This document shows positions 44,617 through 55,103 of a DNA stretch of 64,000 nt, piece after piece. The stretch comes from Candidatus Woesearchaeota archaeon (GTDB taxonomy: Archaea; Nanobdellota; Nanobdellia; Pacearchaeales; GW2011-AR1). A program made the position numbers and the translations under genes. Numbering within the stretch: the stretch's first letter is position 1; the number at the start of each line of letters is the position of its first letter. The stretch lies in the NCBI GenBank assembly GCA_964514585.1, contig CAZETU010000001.1, positions 98,850 to 162,849 of the forward strand, in the 5' to 3' direction. The notes beneath the pieces are model-generated. The model searched no databases, had not been told where the DNA came from, and was given only the letters and a program-made list of their open reading frames with translations.

Positions 44617-45582
44617 TTATTTGAAAAATAAATCCTTCTGTCTTGCGTTTTTATAAAAATTGAGAGAAGTTCTTAGTATTCCTTCAATATCCAATCCATG
44701 TTTTTTGTATAAATCCTCTGGAGCTCCACTTTCACCAAACCCCTCGATTCCAATACTTTTCATAGGAACCCCAACGCCATTTTTAGCAATTATTTCGGAA
44801 ACAATAGTGCCTAGTCCCCCTACTATTGAATGATCTTCCACCACCACAATACATCTGGATCTTTTGGCGTAATTAAGAATCGTTTCTTCATCGATTGGCT
44901 TCAGAGTGGAGATGCTAATCACCGATGATTCAACGCCCTCCTTGTGTAATTCTTCTGCAGCCATTAAAGAATTATATACGGTATCCCCACTTGCTATAAA
45001 CGTTAAATCTCTGCCTTCCCTAAGTACTGTAGCTTTGTTAAATTCAAATTTATGTTCTTCAGGCAAGACCAAAGGGGAAGGAGTTCTTGATAATCTCAAA
45101 TAAGCTAAATTGTTAGTCTTAAGTAAATAATCGGTTATTTGTTGCGCTTCTCGGGCATCTGCTGGCTGAAAAATTTCCATTCTAGGAATCCCCCTCATTA
45201 CATTAATATCAGTAATTCCCATCTGTGTTTGCCCATCCTTTCCTATTGCTAACCCAGAATGAGTTCCTACGACTAAAGCACCCACATCGTTATATCCAAG
45301 AGAAACCAATATTTGCTCATAAGCCCTACTCGTAATAAAAGCTCCAAAACTTGGGATAACTGGTCTTAAGCCTTCAATTGCCACACCTCCAGCCATACTA
45401 ATAGCATTCTGTTCTTGAATCCCAACTTCGCAAAACCTATCAGGAAACTTTTTTGCAAATTCATTTGTTTTTGTTGCTCCAGTTAAATCACAGCCAAAAA
45501 CAATTATTCTTGGGTCATCGCCGTTTCTTAACAATGACTTACCAAAGCCATCTCTAGTAGCAACTCTATTTAATTCTTCCAT
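44617..45582 (-). CDS. transketolase, C-terminal (pyrimidine-binding) subunit
   Basis: RDGFGKSLL..., FCEVGIQEQNAISMAGG..., about 320 aa, the split archaeal form. Confidence 0.85.
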   Translation of the reverse strand: MEELNRVATRDGFGKSLLRNGDDPRIIVFGCDLTGATKTNEFAKKFPDRFCEVGIQEQNAISMAGGVAIEGLRPVIPSFGAFITSRAYEQILVSLGYNDVGALVVGTHSGLAIGKDGQTQMGITDINVMRGIPRMEIFQPADAREAQQITDYLLKTNNLAYLRLSRTPSPLVLPEEHKFEFNKATVLREGRDLTFIASGDTVYNSLMAAEELHKEGVESSVISISTLKPIDEETILNYAKRSRCIVVVEDHSIVGGLGTIVSEIIAKNGVGVPMKSIGIEGFGESGAPEDLYKKHGLDIEGILRTSLNFYKNARQKDLFFK

Positions 45583-46490
45583 TTTAATTCTTCCATTGCG
45601 ATGGAATAATCCTCCTCGTCCAATAATTTACTATGCCATTTCCATGGTTCCCTTTCCATAAGCGAAACCCCCTTGCCCTTTGTGGTATCAGCAATTATTA
45701 ACGATGGCTTTCCATTTCTTTGAGATATTTCTCTCGCATTTTCATAAGAGTTTAATATTTGGGAAATATCGTGACCATCAATACACTGGACATAAAATCC
45801 GAATTCGCTCAATATGCTTGGCAAATTTTCTAATGGCATTCTTTCTCCTATAAATCCTTCTAGTTGACATTTATTTTTATCAACAATTATAGTCAAATTA
45901 TCCAATCCCAAATTCACAGAGGACATAAATGCTTCCCAATTTTGTCCCTCTTGGATTTCTCCATCTCCAAGTAAAACATATACCCTTCTATTTTCTTTCT
46001 TTTGTTTAATAGCATATGCAATTCCTGCAGCTAAAGATAGCCCTTGACCCAAAGATCCTGTGCTTGCATCAACTAGAGGTAAAGACTTTCTAACAGGATG
46101 ACCTTGAAGTGGGCTACCCATTTTTCTCAACGTTAAAAGATCTTCTTGAGAAACATATTCAGGATTCAAAATTGAAATCGCAGAATATAAAGTAGGAGCC
46201 CCATGTCCCTTTGATAAAACGAAAATATCTCTTTTCGAGGAGTCGGAGATTTCAACAGAAGAATTCACAAGAGTTGCTCTCGAATCTCTTTCGTTAAGTT
46301 TCATCTCATGGAAAAAAAGAGTCGCAGCTATGTCCGCCCAAGACAAAGAGGAACCATAATGTCCAGACTTCGCCGTATAAATTGATGTTAATATCCCCCT
46401 TCTTATTCCTTTTGCAATCTCTTTTAGTGAGCCAGTTACGTTTTTGTCTGTACTATTTTCCATTTTAATTTTTTGAGTTAATCTCTTCAA
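45570..46490 (-). CDS. transketolase, N-terminal (TPP-binding) subunit
   Basis: SGHYGSSLS, LSKGHGAPTLY, GSLGQGLSLAAG, LLGDGEIQEGQNWEA. Confidence 0.85.
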   Translation of the reverse strand: MKRLTQKIKMENSTDKNVTGSLKEIAKGIRRGILTSIYTAKSGHYGSSLSWADIAATLFFHEMKLNERDSRATLVNSSVEISDSSKRDIFVLSKGHGAPTLYSAISILNPEYVSQEDLLTLRKMGSPLQGHPVRKSLPLVDASTGSLGQGLSLAAGIAYAIKQKKENRRVYVLLGDGEIQEGQNWEAFMSSVNLGLDNLTIIVDKNKCQLEGFIGERMPLENLPSILSEFGFYVQCIDGHDISQILNSYENAREISQRNGKPSLIIADTTKGKGVSLMEREPWKWHSKLLDEEDYSIAMEELKWKN

Positions 46491-47801
46491 TTTTAGATAA
46501 TAAAGTTCCAGTTACTATATGACTAATACTTAGAAGAGAATCTTCATAATGAAAGTTACCTTCGTTCTCACCTGTCTGCCCTGGAAATTTTGAATTAGCA
46601 AGAATTTTAACACACAAATCACTTAAATTTTCGATATCGCTATTTTCCTTTCTTGTAATACTCAATGTTTTTGATTGATGGGCCCTTGCTACTTTAAACG
46701 CTCTTAATATATCAGGAGAAGCTCCACTGCCAGTAAAACCAATAAGCATATCGTCTCTCCCAATTCTAAAATTTCTAAGCTGTTGCTCAAATATTTTGTT
46801 AGTTCCATAGTCATTAGCATACCCAGAAATTTCTGAACCTGAGCCAACAAGATTTACCACTCTAAATCTTTTTACACCTTCAAACTTTGGTTTAGATTTA
46901 TCTTCTCCAACAAAGGGATGTATACCAATATCACAACCGAAGTTTCCCAGCAAAGAAGCATTGGAGCCATTCCCACATAAATACAAAGAACCTCCATTAA
47001 AATAAGTTTCCTCTATCATTTTCCCCATTCTAGAAATATCCTTTACTGGAAGACTAGCTAAGCATTCTTTTGCCTCTTCTAAATATAAATCAACTAATTT
47101 GCTATCAGGCATAGATATTTCCTTTGAGCTTTCCCCACAATCGTAAATTCGTTGAACTCTTTTTGCAAGAAGACCAGTAATTACATGAATAGCGGACATC
47201 ACCGAATCTTCGTAATGAAAGCAGTTATTATTTTTACCAGTTTGTCCTGGAAAAGAGGAGTCACCCTGAATTGCGACACACAAATCAGCTAAATCTCTTG
47301 CCTTGCCCCCATTTCCCTTTGTCATGGCAAGAGTCTTGGCAAGATGTTTTTTTGCTGTCTCAAAGGCATATAGAACATTTTCAGTGTTTCCACTACCCGT
47401 AAAGCCTACTGCTAGGTCGTTTTCTCCTATCCTATGAGCTTCCAATTGGTTCCCAAAAACATATCCAAATCCAAAATCATTAGCTATCCCAGTTATATCT
47501 GCCACCGAAGATGTTAAGTCAAAGGTCCTCAGTCTTTTTACTTTCTCCGGGAGAGGACTTTTATCCTTCCCTAAAAATGGATGATTTGATAAATAAAGAG
47601 CCAAGCATTCTGCATAAGAGACCCCCCCCCGTTCCCACAGGTAAAAACGGTTCCATCATTAAAGTAAGTGTTTGCCACCAAGCCAGCAGCATCGATAACT
47701 TGATCTTTTGGAAAATTATCTAAAACAGCTCCTCTTTCTTTAATATACAATTTAACCAAATCACTTGTTCTATCCCCCTCCATATTAATTTCCCCCTCCA
47801 T
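46465..47801 (-). pseudogene. tandem SIS-domain (GmhA-like sugar-phosphate isomerase) gene split by a C9 homopolymer
   Basis: ORFs 47571-47801 and 46465-47604 belong together. FTCGNGGG is followed, in another frame, by VSYAECLALYLSN. A second SIS unit carries LYLCGNGSNASLLGNFGCD. Confidence 0.65.
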
Positions 47802-48582
47802 GCTCCGAAGCTATTCTCCCAGATGTTCTCCCTGTATCGTCCTGAATCCTTATTACGTCGTCTAGCTGAGAAGTAGAAACTTCGTAGGCCAAATAATTTG
47901 TTTTTGCAATTACTCTATGCACCGTGCCAGGTTCAGACGTCCAGTGATCTCCAGGTTCCATAGTTTTCTTGAATTTATCAAAATCTACGCCCCTTGAAGA
48001 TGCTTGAACCTCATCTTCAGAAGCACTTGGATTAAGCTTGTACCCTTCGATTACAGTTGCTTCTCCTGATTCTAAACAGTTTGTTTCCAACTTTTTTCTG
48101 TGAAATTGCAAGCTTGATTGATTCCCCCGATTCATTCCTATTTGTTTAAGCACATGATAGTCTCTAAACCAACTCACCCACAATTCATGTCCCCACGGCT
48201 TGTCTACTCTTTTTGGACTTTCAACTATTCTATAATCTAATAACTCCACCTCTCTTCTTCCTTTGCCATCGTCTATAATTTCAACTATTGGTTTGCCCGG
48301 ACTTACTCCCGAAGAAACTGTATATGCAACCATTCCCTCGTCACCAGTTACTCTATAAGAAACCCCCGGCACAACAATAAAACCCTGCCCTTCTTGAACT
48401 TCAATATCTCTTGCCCCGCTTTTAGAATCCACCGACAAGAGTGCTCTGCCTTTATGTACGAAAGTCGTTGAGAGTTCAGTTGCTAATTCTAAATCACCAG
48501 CCGGCGCACCATTTCCCTGTAATCTTTCAAATCGATAGCAAGGCGTTTCATCAATTAGTTGTCTGTTCATTTTGAGTAACAA
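47785..48582 (-). CDS. bicupin protein, C-terminal half like type II mannose-6-phosphate isomerase
   Basis: KPWGHELWVS...SSLQFHRKKLE...GTVHRV...DDVIRIQDDTGR. Confidence 0.6.
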   Translation of the reverse strand: MLLKMNRQLIDETPCYRFERLQGNGAPAGDLELATELSTTFVHKGRALLSVDSKSGARDIEVQEGQGFIVVPGVSYRVTGDEGMVAYTVSSGVSPGKPIVEIIDDGKGRREVELLDYRIVESPKRVDKPWGHELWVSWFRDYHVLKQIGMNRGNQSSLQFHRKKLETNCLESGEATVIEGYKLNPSASEDEVQASSRGVDFDKFKKTMEPGDHWTSEPGTVHRVIAKTNYLAYEVSTSQLDDVIRIQDDTGRTSGRIASEHGGGN

Positions 48583-50194
48583 TCCCCATGTTTTTTAATT
48601 TATAAATATTATTATCTTTCAGTTCCTTAAAGAGACTGTATTTTCCCAAGTAATAAAGGAATTTATTGTACGGAGAATGGTGAAGTGGTGCGATATTTAG
48701 AAAGGTTATGGCACTCAAAATTTTTACTTTATCTAAATCGTAATCATTGTCAACAATAAATTTTTCAAACAAATCTTTATATTCAACTAAATTATTTTTC
48801 AATAAGAAATCGTACGTTATCATATCTCCATCCTCTTTTATTTCAAATTGATTATTTCTAATAATCTCATGGGTGACTATTAGTGCATGATGTAGCTTTG
48901 TAAAATCATAATATATATCTCCATAATCTATGTTCCCTGCAAAATTATGTCTCCAATCAATTAATTGAAACCCCTTGTTGCATATTAAAATATTTTCTGG
49001 CTGAAAGTCTCCATGGAAATTTACCGGAACCCCCTTAGAGAGATTTTCCCAATCAATTCTTGACAATAATTCTTTTAAAGAAGGAACCTTCTCTCCATTA
49101 ATTATTTCTTCTCTGTCCTTAATGTCCCCATTTTTATAAAACATTTCAACCCTTTCGTAAGTTTTATCTTTATAGAACTTTTTGCAAAGATTATTGAACT
49201 CCTCTTTTTCAACTATTTCCAAAGGTTCCCATATTTCATTTTTACATGAATCTAATAATTCTCTAAAAATTGAAACATTATTTATTTTAGCAAGAGTTTT
49301 CCCATCTATAAAATCATAAGCATAAAAATTTGAAGTTGCATCGACTAATTCTGGAACAAGAACCTTAAGTCTTTTCGATCTTTCAACCCTTTGTTTTACA
49401 ATTTCTTCCTCCTTAAAATATTTTATTACCCTTCCATTTTCAAAATAAATAAATTCATCGGGTTTTACTATAACCTTATTTTTCTCAAAAAATCTATTTG
49501 CAAGATTATATCCTCCTTCAGTTCCTATCCAAAAATAATTAAAAAAAGGAATAGGTTCAAGTTTGCAATTAATTAGACTTGAAAGTCCGTTTGAAACCTG
49601 TAATTTTTTATCTATTAAATTTTGATTTCTTTCAAATCCTTCCCAAAATTCTTCATAATCCTGAATACCTGCTATCCCTATGAAAGCATTGTTAAGAATT
49701 GTTCTATAATTTTTGCAAGTTTTTAGTAATGTTGGCATATACACTTTATCATAAAGTTTTGTTACTCGCTCATTCTCTACCTCCGCCATACAGTAATTTG
49801 TTGAATCTGAAACAGTAGTTACCCCCATCCAATTTTTTGAAGGTTCTGGGACCGACCCCGAAACAATTGTATCCCCTGATGTGAAAATAAATGGACATTG
49901 CAAATGATCCTTACACATTAAAAGAGATTTTCCAGGACCGGATCCCATACTCAAATAATCTGGAATTTCAACAATAGTTATTTTACGATCATAATGCGCT
50001 ATATTCAAGAAGTCTCTTATTAAATTAGACTTATATCCTACAGCAATTACTATTTCAACTTCTTAAGGAAATTTTTCTATAATTTTACTTATTGCAGAAG
50101 TTGTCCCAATTGGAAGAAGAGTAACCGGAAAATCCTTAGCATAACTCACCCTATCATTTTTCCCTGCAGCCAAAATACATACTTTATACTCCAT
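48551..50194 (-). pseudogene. sugar/alcohol-phosphate nucleotidyltransferase fused to an APH/choline-kinase-like kinase, with an in-frame TAA
   Basis: ATG at 50194 (MEYKVCILAAGKNDR...). Codon 44 is TAA (50063-50065), where the paralog 50617-51318 has Glu. The kinase motif is HGDFQPENILI...LIDWRHN...YGDIYYDF. Confidence 0.65.
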
Positions 50195-50287
50195 CTTTTA
50201 TAATTTATGTTTAAATAGAAGATTTAGTATTTAAGGTTGCTGTTTACTTAACGATAATTTTATAAAGTTTAGCTACTTTATCCGCTT

Positions 50288-50608
50288 ATGAATGCTAAGT
50301 CAAATTTTCAATGCAAAAAATGTGTTTACTGTAGCTCTGAAAAGATTTTTTTTGTACAATTAAGAAAAAATAAATCTACTAACAAAGAAGTATATTATTG
50401 TGAAATTTGTGAACGAAAATTTACTCCAGATGACGGGTTTAAAAAATTTAGACATCCGCCATTCATAATAAAAACCGCCATGAGATCAGTCAAGGACAAT
50501 TATAGCCTTGGACAAATTACCAACAGTTTAAATCAAAATTTTGGAGTGAAGGTTTCTCGAAAGACAATTCTTGATTGGAAAAGAAAGTTTTTAAACCAAG
50601 GAAATTAA
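50288..50608 (+). CDS. zinc-ribbon plus HTH protein (IS1 InsA-like/transposase-accessory-like or regulator)
   Basis: CKKCVYC...YYCEICERKF, followed by SLGQITNSLNQNFGVKVSRKTILDWKRKF. Confidence 0.5.
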   Translation: MNAKSNFQCKKCVYCSSEKIFFVQLRKNKSTNKEVYYCEICERKFTPDDGFKKFRHPPFIIKTAMRSVKDNYSLGQITNSLNQNFGVKVSRKTILDWKRKFLNQGN

Positions 50609-50616
50609 AAATTATT

Positions 50617-51318
50617 ATGGATTACAAAGTTTGCATACTTGCTGCTGGCGTTGGGAGCAGGATGGGAGAGTTTAGTGAAAATTTAAATAAAGTTTTATTA
50701 CCGCTAAAAGGAAAACCAGCAATATGTCATATAATTGAAAAATTTTCGGAAGACATCGAAATTGTAATTGCAGTAGGATATAAAAAAAAATCCCTTGTTT
50801 GCTATCTTAAAAATGCCTACCCCAATCGTAAATTAACTTTTGTTTCGGTTGACCCATATTTAGGAGAGGGTTCTGGCCCAGGGTTTTCTCTTTTCTCATG
50901 CAAAGATCATCTGCAATGCCCATTTATACATGTGGCTGGAGATACCTTGGTAAAAGAAAATATTGACGTTCCAGATTTAAACTGGATCGGGGTTTCTGAA
51001 ATTGAAGATACTCAGAGGTTTTGTTCGGTAAAAACCGAGAAAGATAGAGTTGTTAGAATTGATGATAAAATTAAAACAAATAATAAATATGCCTACATTG
51101 GACTCATAGGGATTTGGGATTGGGAAGCCTTCTGGGATTCTTTAGGAAATAATTCAAAGGTTATCGACGGTGAAATTCAGGTTTCGAATGGGATAAATGT
51201 TCTTTTAAATAAAAATCTCTCGATTAAAAAATTTACATGGTTTGACACCGGAACTCCCAACGCATACGAACACGCTCAAAAAAATTATCCAAATGGCGAA
51301 GGCTATTCTGGGGAATAA
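50617..51318 (+). CDS. nucleotidyltransferase (LicC/sugar-phosphate nucleotidyltransferase-like)
   Basis: MDYKVCILAAGVGSRMG (G-x-G-x-R), LLPLKGKP. Paralog of the N-terminal domain of 48551-50194. Confidence 0.7.
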   Translation: MDYKVCILAAGVGSRMGEFSENLNKVLLPLKGKPAICHIIEKFSEDIEIVIAVGYKKKSLVCYLKNAYPNRKLTFVSVDPYLGEGSGPGFSLFSCKDHLQCPFIHVAGDTLVKENIDVPDLNWIGVSEIEDTQRFCSVKTEKDRVVRIDDKIKTNNKYAYIGLIGIWDWEAFWDSLGNNSKVIDGEIQVSNGINVLLNKNLSIKKFTWFDTGTPNAYEHAQKNYPNGEGYSGE

Positions 51319-52122
51319 TTATTCTTCAAGAAATCTAGCTATAAATTCTGGGAGCAACTTTTCTCCAGTGTAAATTTCAAATTGCCTTTCTGCCTGATGG
51401 ATTGTCATAGTTTTTCCTGTTATTGTAACCAACCCACTTTCCTCTGCCTTATTAATTAATCTCGTTTTATTTGAGGCCACGACGTCCATAACGGCGCCAT
51501 ATTCTTGGATAGTACTTTCATCCACGGGACATGTCGTATCATCCCTCATTCCAATTGATGTAGCGTTTATTAAAAGATGCCCAGAGGCTTTATTCCTCTG
51601 TTCCCATAGTAAGTAACGACAACCTAAGCTTTCTGACAGACTTTGCGCAGTGCCCAATGTCCTATTCGAAACAACTAATTCCCCACCGAGATCTTTTACA
51701 GCTCTGCCAACTGCACGAGCAACTCCACCTGCACCAAGCATTAAAACTCTTTTTCCTTCAAGCGTTCCAACCTTTGACTCTATTGCAGTTTTTGCCCCAA
51801 AATAATCTGTATTATAACCCCTTAATCTTCCTCCTCCAAGATTAAGAATCGTATTACAAGCTCCAGTAGATTTAGCAGAAAGATCGAGCTCATCTAAATA
51901 ATCCATCACAGCAATTTTATGAGGCATCGAAACACTACATCCCTTAATATTTCTTCTAACTAAATCCACCACCACTTCTAACTCCTCTCTCTTGACTTCC
52001 ATGGGCAAATAGATTTGATTAAGGCCCATCGCCTCATATCCCTGATTATGAAACCTAACCCCAAAAGCTCCAGGTCTCTCCGCTATTGAAATACATTTTA
52101 CGGTATCTTTGTTGATTTTCAT
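51319..52122 (-). CDS. shikimate/quinate dehydrogenase-family oxidoreductase
   Basis: SVSMPHK, NT...GYNTDYFG, LGAGGVARAV. Confidence 0.7.
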   Translation of the reverse strand: MKINKDTVKCISIAERPGAFGVRFHNQGYEAMGLNQIYLPMEVKREELEVVVDLVRRNIKGCSVSMPHKIAVMDYLDELDLSAKSTGACNTILNLGGGRLRGYNTDYFGAKTAIESKVGTLEGKRVLMLGAGGVARAVGRAVKDLGGELVVSNRTLGTAQSLSESLGCRYLLWEQRNKASGHLLINATSIGMRDDTTCPVDESTIQEYGAVMDVVASNKTRLINKAEESGLVTITGKTMTIHQAERQFEIYTGEKLLPEFIARFLEE

Positions 52123-52128
52123 TTTGAT

Positions 52129-52956
52129 TTAACTATTTGAAGCCACCAAATAATTGGCAAAACAATCTGCAAAAAAAGGTGTTGCCCTAAAAGAGCTTCC
52201 TTCATGCAATATCTCTTTACCTCCTCCAAGCCTCTTTAATTCTGAGTCCGAAGAAAGAAAAACAGAGGAGTGCTCAACCCTATCTTTTGCTTTTTCCCAA
52301 CACGCTCTGATTTCCTCAAACGAAGACGTTGTTTTAATTGAATATAACACATTTATACCCCCGGTGTCTCTATTGTCCATGAACCCTAGTAATCTAAGAT
52401 TGTCCCGAGATGTATCAATTTCCCTTCCCAATTCTTCATAAAATTCCCTAGACATATATGGAAGCACACTTCGACTTTGGTCATATCCGAAATCAACATG
52501 CCCTCCTGGAAAACAATCTACCGTCCCATTTTCAACATCGCCCCCCCTGATTCCTAATACTGGCCGACCAGTCTTTTCAAATATTATAGAACCGACAGTT
52601 AATGGAGCTACTCTTCTTGGAAGCGTTTGGTCACCTCGATATGCTAAATCCGCTCTATATGGATGTATCGGAGAAACATCGAAGGTTACATCCCCCGTCC
52701 CATTTTGATAAATACCAGCGACATCTAAAATCATTCCAGGAAATCCCATCCTCCAAATAGTCCCATCTCCCACCTTCTCCTTTAATGAAGATCCTGCCTG
52801 TACTAACTCACAAGACAACTTTCCCAAATCTACCGTTCTTAATTCATCTATACTTTCAATGCCCCTTAAGTGTTGTGGTATTGAATGATTTAAGACGATA
52901 TTTTTCGGTTCTTGAATAAATAGACTATAATCCGACCTAACCATAAAATGAAGCAT
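52129..52956 (-). CDS. Nudix-box-containing protein
   Basis: GGHVDFGYDQSRSVLPYMSREFYEELG fits G-x5-E-x7-REUxEExGU approximately. Confidence 0.45.
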   Translation of the reverse strand: MLHFMVRSDYSLFIQEPKNIVLNHSIPQHLRGIESIDELRTVDLGKLSCELVQAGSSLKEKVGDGTIWRMGFPGMILDVAGIYQNGTGDVTFDVSPIHPYRADLAYRGDQTLPRRVAPLTVGSIIFEKTGRPVLGIRGGDVENGTVDCFPGGHVDFGYDQSRSVLPYMSREFYEELGREIDTSRDNLRLLGFMDNRDTGGINVLYSIKTTSSFEEIRACWEKAKDRVEHSSVFLSSDSELKRLGGGKEILHEGSSFRATPFFADCFANYLVASNS

Positions 52957-53062
52957 GAGTAAGGGTATTTAAAAATTATTGTCATGAACTACTAGCAGAT
53001 CCACTACACACAGCCCATTAAAGTACAATTAACTTTATAAAATAGATGAGGATAGATATCCT

Positions 53063-54223
53063 ATGAAAAGAGATATCTCAAATCACATATCTAGAAGAGC
53101 TGAGTGTCCTGCCTGTTCTTCGAAAAATCTTTCAGATGCCATCCCTCCTCACGTAAATATAAAAATGCCAGTTTTACCAATATGTGTTGATACTCCCAGA
53201 GAAGATGATGATTTTGCACCAATTAATATTTGTATTTGTGAAGATTGCGGGCTTATAACATTAAAAGAAATTATAGATCCAGAAATATTATATGAAACAT
53301 TTCATGCTGAAGGAATTGGAAAGCTTTGGGAAGGACAATATAACCATCTTTTTGAGCTCATTAAAAAACATCACAAAAAAGGTCGTCTGTTAGAAATTGG
53401 CGCAGGACCGGGGAACATCGTTTCATTATTGTTGAAACACTATGATTCTGGCATTGAAGTTTTTGATCCCTTATATTTTGGGCCACGAGAAGGAATTGTT
53501 GTTCACGAGAAACTTTTTACTGGAGAAACAGCGAAAGAGTTGGAAGGAGAATTTGACACTATAGTTTCCTGTCATACACTCGAACATTTTCTTAAATTTG
53601 GAGAATATTTCAAAAATTCATGGAAGGCTCTTAAGAAAGGAGGACTATTAATAACAACCATACCAAATCAGGAGTATAATTTTACAAAAGGACTGGCGAA
53701 CGTTATAAATTTTGAACATACTTCTTGTTGCACCAATCTTCATTGGATTGACCTACACACAAAACACGGGTTCAAAGTAAAAGAAGTTTCTTTTTACATA
53801 GATTATTCCATTCAGATTGTAGCGGAAAAAGTAGATACACCTCCTTATTTTGAGCTTAGCAATATGAAAGATTATACTCTAAAAATGGTAGAACAATACG
53901 GGAAGAGCGTCGAGGAAAGAATAAGGAAGGTTAAATTGTTCGCAAAACAAGATAAAGAAAATTGGTTATTTGGAGCTAGTCTTTTTGCTCATCCTTTATT
54001 CGCATATGGATTAGATGAAAAAATATTTGAAGGAGTCTTAGATAATAGTTCATTAAAACAAAATAAGAGACTTTATGGTACAGACCTTCTATGTAGAAAA
54101 CCAGAAGAAATTATTAAAGAAGGTGAAAATCTTAGAATTTTCTTAAATGTTGGTCAATTCAATAAAGAAGTATTCGACCAAATCCAACAATTGAATCCCG
54201 AGACCGAGTGTGTATTTTTGTAA
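53063..54223 (+). CDS. C-methyltransferase-type SAM enzyme (zinc-ribbon N-terminus, NDP-hexose C-methyltransferase-like)
   Basis: CPAC...CEDCGL, LLEIGAGPGN, and a C-terminal extension domain. Confidence 0.55.
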   Translation: MKRDISNHISRRAECPACSSKNLSDAIPPHVNIKMPVLPICVDTPREDDDFAPINICICEDCGLITLKEIIDPEILYETFHAEGIGKLWEGQYNHLFELIKKHHKKGRLLEIGAGPGNIVSLLLKHYDSGIEVFDPLYFGPREGIVVHEKLFTGETAKELEGEFDTIVSCHTLEHFLKFGEYFKNSWKALKKGGLLITTIPNQEYNFTKGLANVINFEHTSCCTNLHWIDLHTKHGFKVKEVSFYIDYSIQIVAEKVDTPPYFELSNMKDYTLKMVEQYGKSVEERIRKVKLFAKQDKENWLFGASLFAHPLFAYGLDEKIFEGVLDNSSLKQNKRLYGTDLLCRKPEEIIKEGENLRIFLNVGQFNKEVFDQIQQLNPETECVFL

Positions 54224-54279
54224 TCTATATTATATAAACAAATAAACATATTTATAAAGAATTAGAAATACAGACAATA

Positions 54280-55050
54280 ATGAACAAAAAACTTATCACA
54301 TTTTTGAAACAATATCCAAGAATTTTTAGAATCGCCAAAGAGACATATATATATGGTTATTTAAAATTGAAAAGGATTGAAAAGATTCCTAAGAGAATAA
54401 AATTTAAAATTACAAAGAACAATGATATTGTCGAAAAAATATTGCTTGATTATCCGATGATTTTATCAGGGATGGTTTCAGAAAACCACGTAAGGGTTGT
54501 TTTAACTAATTTAAAAAAAGTATTAGATGAAGACATCAGAGGAGATATAGTTGAATTAGGTTGCAATATTGGAACAACCTCATTATTTATTCAAAAATTA
54601 CTCAATCATTACAAATCTGAAAAAAGATTCCACGTTTACGACTCTTTTGAGGGGTTGCCAGAAAGAGATAATAAAGATAAAGATAATGTTAAATCTCAAT
54701 ACAAAAAAGGATCTTGCAAAACAGGAAAAGAAACTCTTATTGACAATTTTAAATCTGCAAAATTAAAATTACCAATAATTCATACTGGATGGTTTGGCAA
54801 AATACCAGATAAGGAATATCCAGAAAAGATAGCTTTTGCATTTTTTGATGGAGATTTTTATAGTTCAATTCTTGATAGCTTCGATAAAGTTTATCCAAAA
54901 ATGACTACAAACTCCAGAACAACAATTCACGACTATCAATGGGAGTTTTTACCAGGAGTAGAGCAAGCGTGCATAGATTTTTTAAAAGATAAGCCCGAAA
55001 AAGGAACTATTGTGAACAACGACCGCATAGGTATAATGATAAAAAAATAG
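54280..55050 (+). CDS. TylF/MycF-family O-methyltransferase
   Basis: GDIVELGCNIGTTSLF, FFDGDFYSSI. Confidence 0.65.
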   Translation: MNKKLITFLKQYPRIFRIAKETYIYGYLKLKRIEKIPKRIKFKITKNNDIVEKILLDYPMILSGMVSENHVRVVLTNLKKVLDEDIRGDIVELGCNIGTTSLFIQKLLNHYKSEKRFHVYDSFEGLPERDNKDKDNVKSQYKKGSCKTGKETLIDNFKSAKLKLPIIHTGWFGKIPDKEYPEKIAFAFFDGDFYSSILDSFDKVYPKMTTNSRTTIHDYQWEFLPGVEQACIDFLKDKPEKGTIVNNDRIGIMIKK

Positions 55051-55103
55051 TTTTTTAGTGAGAATAAATCAAGATAATAATTTGGGCTCATCAAAGCTAT
55101 ATT

